A DNA stretch of 64,000 nt. Origin: a virus. Where the stretch lies: IMG/VR virus record IMGVR_UViG_3300023174_000053, positions 107,028 to 171,027 of that record; one strand, written 5' to 3'. Made by a program: the position numbers and the translations under genes. The notes beneath the pieces were generated by a model. That model was not told the DNA's origin. It did not search any database and saw only the letters and a list, made by a program, of their open reading frames with translations. Shown in pieces: positions 20,862 through 30,392 of this stretch (positions are counted from its first letter, which is position 1; each line of letters opens with the position of its first letter).

Positions 20862-23800
20862 CTAAATCAAACCACGAGTTCTATAAACTTCTGCTGCTGT
20901 AGATAGTCCAGTCAATCCATTATTTGTATTTACAACAAAGTCTTTTGGATTTTCTCTTGCTCTATTTTGATAATCATATATTTTACTCCAAGTATATCTT
21001 CCATAAAATGTATTAATGCCAACATTTATTGCTTTATTGACACCGTTGGGAACAGGTACAAAATCACATCTTACAGTTACTATTCCAGATGATGGATTTG
21101 AAGCATTTTCCACTCTGTAAAGACCATCAATAAATGAAGTTGATGTTCCAACTCTAATTCCAGTAGTAGTTGTTATTCCTGTTAAAGCATAACCAGAAGT
21201 TACATTACTGTCATAAATTACAAAATAATCACCTTGTTCCAACTGACTATATGTTACACCAAACTTATCAAGTGATGAATATCCAATACCAAGATTGGTA
21301 TTGTCATAAGTTTCTGATTTTAATTTAAATTCCAAAGATGATAAACCAATTCCTATAGTATTAATACCAATAATAGTTCCAAAATCACCTTTTGCTTTTA
21401 TTGAATAAACTTTTTCTCTGTTTGGTTTTGGACTTTCAAAAATAACAGGAGGAATATTTGTTTGTGAGTAACCAAATCCACCATTTGTGATTGTTACTGA
21501 AGATACAATACCGTTTGAAGTTGAAGACGTTGCTGTTGCTCTATTATAAACTGGTTCCGAGTACATAATTGTTGCGGCAGAACCAACTACAACATATCTT
21601 CCTTCAGAACTTAATGATGGAACAAAAATCAAATCTTTAATTGTATTTGATTGATTTGTTGATCTTTGTTCCCAAGTTGATAGATCTAATGAATAATATA
21701 ACTTTCCATCAGTATCCAATACAACATAAACACCATCATAGTAGTTTATATTTGTTAAATTATTTGTAATATTTACATTAGTTTGTAAATCCCAAGTTAT
21801 TCCATTTTGAGATGTTATAATTACACCACTATTTCCCACTGCAACAAATTTAGATCCATCCCATATAACTTTATTTAAATTTTGTGTTGTTAAATTTGAT
21901 ATATTCCATTTATTTACATCAGGAGTGTTATTTACATCAGGAGTGGAATAATAAATTCTTCCACCATCTCCAACTACAACAAAAGTACTATTATTATTTG
22001 AGACTGAATTTAGATTTTTTGTGTTTGTTTTATTTTTTTCAAAAAATTCTGTTGTTCCAATTCCAACTGCAATAAAAATTGGGGACTTATTGACGATTGA
22101 AGTTTTACCAACAGCAACAAAAGTTTCTTTAGATGAGGAATAAGAGATGTCTTTAAATTCTCCATCGTATGTACTAACGTTGTCTTCTGGTAATTGGTTA
22201 TCATTTCCCTCACTAATTCTATTAGTTAATTTACATTCTACCCAAGTAGATAATCCAGTCCCAATCCCTGTTGCTCTTATAATTTTTCCAGTTTGTCCTA
22301 CAGCAACATAAGTATTTGTTCCCGCAAATGTAACAGAATTAAATGCTATTGAATTTCCATATCCAACATTACTATTAGACCAAGAAATTCCATCTACACT
22401 CTTAACTAAAAGACTGCTTGTTCCAACACCAACAAAAATATTTCCATAAGTGATTGATTTTATTTCATAATTTGTAGTTATTCCAGTAGTTCCTTTCCAA
22501 TCATAAATTGGATCCTTTCTTGTTATAAATGCCGAAGAAATTGTAACCGATGGATTTGCAACTTGATATCCAGAACCAGAATCTATAATTGTAATACTTG
22601 AAACAGTCGATGCCACAGAAACACTAGCAGTTCCAGTTGCAAACCCAACTGTTTTATTATCAAGAACAATAATATCTCTTAGATCTTCTGCTAATCCTCT
22701 ACCAACATCTTCCATGAATAATGGAAAAGCATTATTTACGTATATTGTAGTATCATTTTTTTCAACTGATTTGATAATTCTTGTTGTTGGTGTATTTCTT
22801 GATTTTAAATCTGGTCTTCCTTTTGAATACAAAACACCATTAATAATTCTATCTCTTGTTTGTTTTGTCCATCTAAGAGGTCTTGCTTTTTTCGAATCAG
22901 TATTAATTCCAAGACTATCATAAGGAAATGTATCAAATATATCTTCAGAAACAATTTTCTTCACCACACGTTCAAACTGTTCTCTATCATATGGATCTGA
23001 TATATTTTCTCCAATTTGAATCGAGTCACCTTCTTTAATTGTTCTTGGTGGATCTATTATTTCTACATCCAAATCTGACCCTCTATAATATAAAATTAAA
23101 CATTTTGAATTTGCTTTTGGTGCTTCACTAAAAATTATTTGAGACCCAATTATATTATAAGATTCTCCTGGTTTTTGTAAAATATCGTTTATAAAAATAA
23201 AAAAGTTATTACTTTTATTTAAATCCGAACCTGGAATTGTTCTCACCGAAAACGTATCTGTTACACCAAGAGTTGTAACAGTTAATAAGAATTTGCGTTT
23301 TTTCCCAGTAAAAAATGGGGCAAGACTGTTAATTCTAACAAATTGTCCTGGATAAAAACCACCAAATTTATCTGTAAATGTTTCCAACACCGTCATTCTA
23401 AATTCACTAAATCCCACCCCGACTAATGGATTTGTAGTAATACCAACAACTTTTAATACTTCACCAACTTTGTAACCATATCCAGGATCATCCAAATTGA
23501 GTCCAGTAATACTAGAACCATTACTTACAATCATAGAGATCTTTGCTCCTTCTCCAACACCACTAGAACCACCAGTATAAGCAACACCAAGATTGCTATA
23601 ATTTGGGGGAATTGGTATGTTGATTATTGGTTTTGCAGCAGTTGTATAACCAGTTCCTGCATTTACTATAGTCAGTGAGGTTACTGTTCCTCCAGAACCA
23701 ATTGAAGCAGTGATCGTAGCACCACTACCAATTGTAGAAGCAATACTAATTACTGGAGCAATCCTATAACCACTTCCAGCACCAGTTAAGTAAATATTTG

Positions 23801-25889
23801 ATATTGTGCCAGCAACAGAAACAGAAACCGTTGCAGAGGCACCTACAAGGGGTTGATAACCATATCCAGTCGTAATGGCAACTCTAACAATTTTTCCAAC
23901 ATTTGGAACTCCACCTATAAACTTAATAGTATTATTTCCTTCAGTATCAATAATAAAATCACTATCAGATATTTGTGAAATATTATTCAATAAAATAAAT
24001 GGGTTATTGTTTATACTTGAACTGCTATTAGTATTAGAATATAATGCGGATACATTTTCACCATTTGATTTTAACACAACATTCAATCTTGTAATATTGA
24101 ATGTTGTTGTGGCAATTCCAGTATTTACATTATGATTTGGAGCAATAGTAATTGACCCAACACCTATAGATTGAATAACTGTATTTCTTACAATATATTC
24201 ATTTTCTGTATATTCTAAATTTAGAACATCTCCTAAACTTAAAGAAGATGTAATAATTCCACTAATTATATTTTTACTTGAAAAATTTAGAGTTCCTGTT
24301 TTAATTCCTACTGTTTCTGCCTTTCCGGTAAAATCTTTAGAAATGTCATCAATAATTAAATTTTTATCTGATGGTTTTCCTGGATCAAATCTTCTTGAGA
24401 ACAATCTTCCTTGAAATGACGAATTTACCTGCAAACTTTCTTGACCTATTTTTCCATATGGTGGATCGGTAAAATAAATTGTATCTTTAACTATATTAAA
24501 ATCACCTCTCATTACAGTAACTGCTGCTCCAACAGTATGACCTGCTGCTGTTGTTCCATAATATCCACGATCTACAATCACACTATTAGTTGAACCAATA
24601 CCAACCGATCTGACTTTCATTAATTCAGAATCAATCATCAAAACATCCAAAGATGTTAATGAAGAAATACCAGATCTCAAATAGATTGTATTTCCAATCC
24701 CAATTGATGTTGCTGCGTATGATACATTACCTCTTCTGTATAGTGGTGATTGGATTATATTATCAATCGTGATTAAAGCACTTGAATTTGGTTCTGGGTA
24801 GGTGAATGAATGAGTTCCAATTCCATAAGTTTTAATATCTAAATCAGAAGATGAAGATAGGCCAGATACTTTGAATTGATTATCATTTAATTTATCAATA
24901 TATAAAATTTTTGGTAAAATATCAGTTCCCAAAAGTGTTGGTGAAAGATATAAATTATCTGCTGGTGTAGAACCACCAATATATGTTCCAGCAATACTAA
25001 TAATGTCTGTAGGAGTTGAAGATGTGCTTGTAGTTCCAACACCAACCACTCCTATCGAATAACTTCTTCCACCATTTGCAACTTGAACTGAACTAATTTT
25101 TCCTGTAGAATCTCTTGATACATTAAATGTTGCTCCAGAACCAACACCAACTGTTGTAGTGCCAGCAACACCAGTATATGTTGCATTTGCTGCTGCTACT
25201 ATTGCTGTACTTGAAACTTTAGATACTTTAAATGATAATGTATTGGTTGGATTTGTTCCTCCAAAATTAGTTCCAGCAATTGAAACCGTATTTCCTATTC
25301 CATATCCTCTTCCACCATCTTTAAGAATGATAGATGTTGAAATTGGATTTCCAGTTGCTAAACCATCATAAGTAATCCAAACTTCAAATGTTGCTCCAGT
25401 TCCAATTCCAGACGTAGTAGATTGAAGTGGATTTCCAAATCCATAAATGCGACTTAAAGCATTTGGTATTGAAGTAGACACACCAGTGATTGTAGTAGTG
25501 ATTGCTACATTATATCCATTTTCAAATATTGCACTTCCTATACCACCACTCACACCCATTATAATCCCACCACCATATTCTTTAGTCACAAATTGTGATT
25601 CAACTAAAGATGTTGTGCCAATACCAATTTTTGTTCCTGTTTCTGTTACTACTGGATAATATCCAGATCCACCATTAATTATTTTTACACTTTTAATGGA
25701 ACCACCAGAAATTATAGGATAAAAAACTCCTTCTATTACTGGTGTTGCAGTATTTTGTATGGTAATTTTTGGTGGATTTGTTGAAGCATATCCAGAACCA
25801 CCATTAAAAACAAGAATTTTTGAGACAGTATAAAACTCTGTCTCAAACTCTGGTTGAAGAATTGCACCTGACCCCGGAACTGTTCGCAT
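20862..25889 (-). CDS. large baseplate structural protein (resembles the C-terminal part of cyanophage gp7) with a beta-propeller-like repeat insert
   Basis: NGG.GY repeats, IFINDILQKPG.SY, IIFSEAP, YYRGS, GRYTWSKI; VAVG..G.I..S.DG..W repeats; immediately upstream of gp8. Confidence 0.7.
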   Translation of the reverse strand: MRTVPGSGAILQPEFETEFYTVSKILVFNGGSGYASTNPPKITIQNTATPVIEGVFYPIISGGSIKSVKIINGGSGYYPVVTETGTKIGIGTTSLVESQFVTKEYGGGIIMGVSGGIGSAIFENGYNVAITTTITGVSTSIPNALSRIYGFGNPLQSTTSGIGTGATFEVWITYDGLATGNPISTSIILKDGGRGYGIGNTVSIAGTNFGGTNPTNTLSFKVSKVSSTAIVAAANATYTGVAGTTTVGVGSGATFNVSRDSTGKISSVQVANGGRSYSIGVVGVGTTSTSSTPTDIISIAGTYIGGSTPADNLYLSPTLLGTDILPKILYIDKLNDNQFKVSGLSSSSDLDIKTYGIGTHSFTYPEPNSSALITIDNIIQSPLYRRGNVSYAATSIGIGNTIYLRSGISSLTSLDVLMIDSELMKVRSVGIGSTNSVIVDRGYYGTTAAGHTVGAAVTVMRGDFNIVKDTIYFTDPPYGKIGQESLQVNSSFQGRLFSRRFDPGKPSDKNLIIDDISKDFTGKAETVGIKTGTLNFSSKNIISGIITSSLSLGDVLNLEYTENEYIVRNTVIQSIGVGSITIAPNHNVNTGIATTTFNITRLNVVLKSNGENVSALYSNTNSSSSINNNPFILLNNISQISDSDFIIDTEGNNTIKFIGGVPNVGKIVRVAITTGYGYQPLVGASATVSVSVAGTISNIYLTGAGSGYRIAPVISIASTIGSGATITASIGSGGTVTSLTIVNAGTGYTTAAKPIINIPIPPNYSNLGVAYTGGSSGVGEGAKISMIVSNGSSITGLNLDDPGYGYKVGEVLKVVGITTNPLVGVGFSEFRMTVLETFTDKFGGFYPGQFVRINSLAPFFTGKKRKFLLTVTTLGVTDTFSVRTIPGSDLNKSNNFFIFINDILQKPGESYNIIGSQIIFSEAPKANSKCLILYYRGSDLDVEIIDPPRTIKEGDSIQIGENISDPYDREQFERVVKKIVSEDIFDTFPYDSLGINTDSKKARPLRWTKQTRDRIINGVLYSKGRPDLKSRNTPTTRIIKSVEKNDTTIYVNNAFPLFMEDVGRGLAEDLRDIIVLDNKTVGFATGTASVSVASTVSSITIIDSGSGYQVANPSVTISSAFITRKDPIYDWKGTTGITTNYEIKSITYGNIFVGVGTSSLLVKSVDGISWSNSNVGYGNSIAFNSVTFAGTNTYVAVGQTGKIIRATGIGTGLSTWVECKLTNRISEGNDNQLPEDNVSTYDGEFKDISYSSSKETFVAVGKTSIVNKSPIFIAVGIGTTEFFEKNKTNTKNLNSVSNNNSTFVVVGDGGRIYYSTPDVNNTPDVNKWNISNLTTQNLNKVIWDGSKFVAVGNSGVIITSQNGITWDLQTNVNITNNLTNINYYDGVYVVLDTDGKLYYSLDLSTWEQRSTNQSNTIKDLIFVPSLSSEGRYVVVGSAATIMYSEPVYNRATATSSTSNGIVSSVTITNGGFGYSQTNIPPVIFESPKPNREKVYSIKAKGDFGTIIGINTIGIGLSSLEFKLKSETYDNTNLGIGYSSLDKFGVTYSQLEQGDYFVIYDSNVTSGYALTGITTTTGIRVGTSTSFIDGLYRVENASNPSSGIVTVRCDFVPVPNGVNKAINVGINTFYGRYTWSKIYDYQNRARENPKDFVVNTNNGLTGLSTAAEVYRTRGLI

Positions 25890-25946
25890 TATTACGAAAA
25901 TTACTCTTTTATTCTTATATTTATTGGGTATTAAAAAGTCAATGAC

Positions 25947-28448
25947 TTATGGAACTAAAACTGTACTTAAAAGACCTGCATTACTTACTATTAGTCTATA
26001 TTTTGTTCCATTTTGGGAGGTTAATATTATGCCTTGTGATGTGTCAATACCAACTCTTATGTCTCCACCAACAACGTGAAGTTTTGATGTTGGATTTGTA
26101 GTTCCAATACCAATATTTCCATTTTTTCTAACATCTAAACTATATTTTGAACCCAAAGTATACATTTCACCAGTTTTATTCCCAGTGAAAGCACTAAAAT
26201 TATTATTAATAAAAGTAACTTCAGTTATAGTTGAACCAACTCCAAGAGGATATGATCCTACTAGACTAGGAACAGTTGAATTTGAAGGATAAGATTGGTC
26301 TTCATATCCATAAGATTGCCCAGTTCCAGTATAATTTGTTGTCAATCCAACAATATTATTAATATATTTCGAATATGATGAATCAAAGTTTTTATCTACA
26401 ATCGTGTTGCTATTGAGCATAAGTACTCGACCAGCAATCCCAGAATTTCCTGGTGAGGTTATTCCATTATCATAAATTAAATTATCACTTACAATACAAT
26501 ATTTTCCACCTTGGTCAATTCCAGCACCAGAGTTTCCATATATTACGTTATTTGTAATCTTGGAATTAAAGGCCCAGTTTTCAATTCCACCACATTTATA
26601 ATCATTTACATCTGTTCCAGATCCACCAGTAATAATATTTTTATCAATATGAATATTATAAACATTCTTATAACCGAGAGTTGTATAATAAGGATCTACG
26701 TCAATTGTAATACCTGCACCAAATCCAAATCCTTTAATATAATTATTTGTGATTATAGAGGAATGACAAGCAAAAATTGTAGCAGAATTTATAAATGTAT
26801 TTGAATCTACAATAATATTATATGATAGACGTAAAGGTGTATAATAAGTAGAATATGTTACAGTTAGTCCCTGATTTTGGGTGTTTGCTGTAGATGTTCT
26901 GTAAAAATAATTATCTTTTACTATTCCATTCACTACTGAATTTAAGAATAAACCCTGTTTATCAAATTTAATAAATGAACAATTTTTTACATTTATACTA
27001 TCAGTAAATGTAAAATTCAATAGTGCGTCAGTTGAATCATTAGTATAATTATTTCCATCAAAAGTTATATGTTCAATAGTGATATTATTTTTACCAGTAG
27101 CTGATAGTAAAGATATACCCGCAGTTAAACCAACATTTTGTCTTAGATACGTTGCACTTACTCCAGCACCAACAACTCTAACATTAGAAGGAATAGTAAC
27201 TCCTGTTGTGCCACTCAATATATAAGTTCCAGGAGGAATATATAAAGTTCCACCAGAAGTCAAAGAGTTTAAAGCATTTTGAATCGAAGTAGTATCATTT
27301 GTCGTGCCATCACCTTTTGCTCCAAAATTCTTTGCACTTATCCACATTCCAGAAAATCCACCAGTAGCAGTTATAATACCAGTAGTATTAATGCTAGCAG
27401 TTGTAGAGAACCCAAGAGCAGTTGTAGCAGTAGATGCTATACCAACAAGACCTCCTACAAATCTAGTAGCAGTTATAATACCAGTAGTATTAATACTAGC
27501 AGTTGTGGAGAACCCAAGAGCAGTTGTAGCAGTAGATGCTATACCAACAAGACCTCCTACAAATCTAGTAGCAGTTATAATACCAGAAGTGTTTATACTA
27601 GCAGTTGTAGAGAACCCAAGAGCAGTAGTTGCTGTTGTAGCAGTTCCAGTAATTGTTCCTGATACTTTCAAACTACCAACAACTTCAAGAGTTGCAGTTG
27701 GATTTGTGATTCCTATACCAAGATTACCAGAAACATAAGCACCACCAATAACATCAAGTTTATTATTTGGAAGTGTGCTTCCAATACCAACTCTTCTATC
27801 GGCGATTGATTGTAATACTAAAGGAGTTCCAGCAGCCGAAGTATTGAGAACAAGTGGTTTTGCAAAAGAATTTATAATTTGACTATTTAATGAAGAATCA
27901 TAACCAATAACTAATCCTCTTATAATACCAGTCCCTTCTACTGCATTAGTAATCTGTATGAAACTATCATGAACTTGTAATTTATAATCACTTGATGGTG
28001 TATTTGTGTTGATGCCGACATAACCATTTTGATTAATTACAAAAGGAGTTGCATCTGGATTTGTTTCGTCTTCAACCACCAAGGCATTACCAGAACCAGT
28101 TTGAGTAATTCTTAATGCATCAGTCGAACTATTAACTGATATTGTTGAAACCCCAGCATTAATCTGACCATTAAATGTAGTTGCTGTTACAACACCAGTA
28201 AAGTTTCCATCACCAACCACTGATAGTTTTGCTGTTGGATTTGTGCTTCCAATACCAAGATTACCAGAAACATAAGCACCACCAGTTACTTGGAGTGGTT
28301 GTGATGTAGTACCTGTAACTGATGTTGAACCAATTAAACAATTCCCATAAAGGTGATTAATCATCACCTTACCATCAGTTGAAACACCAACTAAAGGTAT
28401 TCCATCATTATCATTAATGTTAAAAAATGTTCCTGTGTTGTTTGCCAT
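25947..28448 (-). CDS. tail fibre/spike with pectate-lyase-like beta-helix (putative depolymerase)
   Basis: SAKNFGAKGDGTTNDTTSIQNAL..GGTLYIPPGTY entry motif, then Asn/Ile-rich beta-helix rungs; GIGTTNP fibre repeats; C-terminal ILTSQNGTKYRL.V. Confidence 0.85.
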   Translation of the reverse strand: MANNTGTFFNINDNDGIPLVGVSTDGKVMINHLYGNCLIGSTSVTGTTSQPLQVTGGAYVSGNLGIGSTNPTAKLSVVGDGNFTGVVTATTFNGQINAGVSTISVNSSTDALRITQTGSGNALVVEDETNPDATPFVINQNGYVGINTNTPSSDYKLQVHDSFIQITNAVEGTGIIRGLVIGYDSSLNSQIINSFAKPLVLNTSAAGTPLVLQSIADRRVGIGSTLPNNKLDVIGGAYVSGNLGIGITNPTATLEVVGSLKVSGTITGTATTATTALGFSTTASINTSGIITATRFVGGLVGIASTATTALGFSTTASINTTGIITATRFVGGLVGIASTATTALGFSTTASINTTGIITATGGFSGMWISAKNFGAKGDGTTNDTTSIQNALNSLTSGGTLYIPPGTYILSGTTGVTIPSNVRVVGAGVSATYLRQNVGLTAGISLLSATGKNNITIEHITFDGNNYTNDSTDALLNFTFTDSINVKNCSFIKFDKQGLFLNSVVNGIVKDNYFYRTSTANTQNQGLTVTYSTYYTPLRLSYNIIVDSNTFINSATIFACHSSIITNNYIKGFGFGAGITIDVDPYYTTLGYKNVYNIHIDKNIITGGSGTDVNDYKCGGIENWAFNSKITNNVIYGNSGAGIDQGGKYCIVSDNLIYDNGITSPGNSGIAGRVLMLNSNTIVDKNFDSSYSKYINNIVGLTTNYTGTGQSYGYEDQSYPSNSTVPSLVGSYPLGVGSTITEVTFINNNFSAFTGNKTGEMYTLGSKYSLDVRKNGNIGIGTTNPTSKLHVVGGDIRVGIDTSQGIILTSQNGTKYRLIVSNAGLLSTVLVP
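27363..27640. repeat. 102-nt coding tandem repeat (~2.7 copies; 34-aa unit TATTALGFSTTASINT.GIITATRFVGGLVGIAS)
   Basis: agtagcagttataataccag recurs at 27363, 27465 and 27567. Confidence 0.9.
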
Positions 28449-28463
28449 TTTTCTTTAATACCT

Positions 28464-30365
28464 TTATTGATTTATATTGTTTCCAACCTGATTTGTTGGG
28501 AATAATCTAGAAAACTTAGAACTTGGAGACCATATAATCCTCACAACACCTTGTCCTCCATTTCCACCACTATTTGTTCCTGAGGTAGTACCATCACCTC
28601 CTCCACCTCCACCACCATACAAACCACCAGCAGCACCATTAATAGTTGATGCCGTTACTCCATTTGATCCACCAGATCCAGCATTTCCACCCCCATTAGA
28701 CGTAGAAACACCAGAAGAACCTTGTCCTAATATACCAGTTCCTCCACCACCATTAGCACCAAAAGTAGAAGAATTAATATCACCTCTAGAACCACCGCCT
28801 GCTCCACCGCCAGACCCAGCAGCACCATTATCATCACCATCACCACCACCAGAACCACCATTACCTACATATCCAGCAGTACCTCCACCTCCAGCACCAT
28901 AAGTTAATGTTGATTTTCCTCCCACACCTCCTGTTGCTCCTCCAATGTTGATAGTTCCAGTACCACCAAGACCAATTGGATCACCGATAGTCCAGGTTGA
29001 ACCGCCCTTTCCTCCAAATGCTGTGGCAATTCCTACAATTTGACTATCTCCACCATTACCTCCATTACCAACACCACCAGCACCACCAGCACCAACAATA
29101 ACACTAAAAACTTGACCTGCAGATACTGGGAAATCATTAATATATCTTAATCCTCCTCCACCTCCACCTTGTCCTCCACCAGAACCTCCGCCACCACCAC
29201 CTGCTCCACCACCACCAATCAATACAGCAGAAATCTTTGTTACACCAGTAGGAACAGTAAAGGTATTACTTCCAGCAGTAGTAAATGTACTAGATAAACC
29301 AGTCATATTCAATATCTGTGTTCCAATCACCGTTGAACCATTTACAGATAGTGAAGATGCTGGGTTTGTGGTTCCAATGCCTATTGAATTGGAAAAATAA
29401 GAATTACCAACAAAAGTAGAAACACCAGAAACATAAACATTAGTAGCAGTAATAAAACCTACTGTTGCAACTCCAACATAAGCATTAGTAGCAGTAATAA
29501 AACCTACTGTTGCAACTCCAACATAAGCATTAGTAGCAGTTAAGAATCCTACTGTTGCAATTCCAATATAAGCACTAGTAGCAGTTAAGAATCCTACTGT
29601 CGTAATGCCAGGACCGACTTGAAGTTGTGTAATAGAACCAATACCACCAATAACATTTGTAGAAGTTCTAGCAGTTGCAACAATACTAGAAACCTCACCA
29701 GTAATTGTTCCAGTAACTTTTAGATTTCCTTGAACATGAAGAGATTCTGTTGGATTTGTAGTTCCAATACCAACTGAACCACCAACATAAACACCACTAC
29801 TAATACCAGTAATCTGAAGAACTTGACCTGTTGTTCCTGTAGAAGTTCCACCACCTATCAGAACTGGTCCGTTTGTAAATGTAGAAATTCCAGTAACTTG
29901 AAGTTGTGTAATGGAACCAATACCACCAATAACACTTGTAGAAGTTCCAGCATTAGTAGCGTAAGTTGCTATACCTGCTGTTACAGCATAACCAGCAGAA
30001 GAAGCATTGCCACTAAAACTTAATGCGGTAACTACTCCCGTAAATCTACCATCACCAATAACATGAAGGTTTGATGATGGATTTGTGGTTCCAATACCAA
30101 CAGAACCTGTGATAAAAGTATCTCCAGATACTTGAAGTTTTGAGGTTCCTGTTTGTATTCCAGAACCAACTAATATTGGTCCATTAGTAAATGTAGAAAG
30201 TCCAGCAACTGTGATGGATAAAAGACTATTTGTTATATTTGTTCCGTCCCCAAGAGCAGTATAAATTTCACTAAAGTTGCTATTAATCTTTACAGCACCT
30301 TGAGCTAAGGTATCTCCAGTAGTATCATTTGCTGAGGTTCCAGTAAATATTCCTAGTTTCGCCAT
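28464..30365 (-). CDS. fibre protein with gp9/gp10-like N-terminal anchor and glycine-rich C-terminal domain
   Basis: GTSANDTTGDTL..G..KINSNFSEIY N-terminus; GIGTTNP repeats; TFTVPTGVT.I...LIGGGGAGG Gly-rich domain. Confidence 0.8.
   Translation of the reverse strand: MAKLGIFTGTSANDTTGDTLAQGAVKINSNFSEIYTALGDGTNITNSLLSITVAGLSTFTNGPILVGSGIQTGTSKLQVSGDTFITGSVGIGTTNPSSNLHVIGDGRFTGVVTALSFSGNASSAGYAVTAGIATYATNAGTSTSVIGGIGSITQLQVTGISTFTNGPVLIGGGTSTGTTGQVLQITGISSGVYVGGSVGIGTTNPTESLHVQGNLKVTGTITGEVSSIVATARTSTNVIGGIGSITQLQVGPGITTVGFLTATSAYIGIATVGFLTATNAYVGVATVGFITATNAYVGVATVGFITATNVYVSGVSTFVGNSYFSNSIGIGTTNPASSLSVNGSTVIGTQILNMTGLSSTFTTAGSNTFTVPTGVTKISAVLIGGGGAGGGGGGSGGGQGGGGGGLRYINDFPVSAGQVFSVIVGAGGAGGVGNGGNGGDSQIVGIATAFGGKGGSTWTIGDPIGLGGTGTINIGGATGGVGGKSTLTYGAGGGGTAGYVGNGGSGGGDGDDNGAAGSGGGAGGGSRGDINSSTFGANGGGGTGILGQGSSGVSTSNGGGNAGSGGSNGVTASTINGAAGGLYGGGGGGGDGTTSGTNSGGNGGQGVVRIIWSPSSKFSRLFPTNQVGNNINQ
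29437..29600. repeat. 45-nt coding tandem repeat (~4 copies; ATNAYVGVATVGFIT)
   Basis: Repeated ..tagtagcagt..a..cctactgt units, visible in DNA and protein. Confidence 0.85.
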
Positions 30366-30392
30366 TATTTAATAGACTGCCTTTTTGTTTAT

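Noticed and set aside
21911-21945. 18-nt tandem duplication (TPDVN twice)
   Set aside because: A simple in-frame loop duplication with no further signal.
25947-30365. Diversity-generating retroelement acting on the fibres
   Set aside because: No reverse transcriptase and no adenine-specific TR/VR pair seen; the repeats are in-frame tandem duplications.
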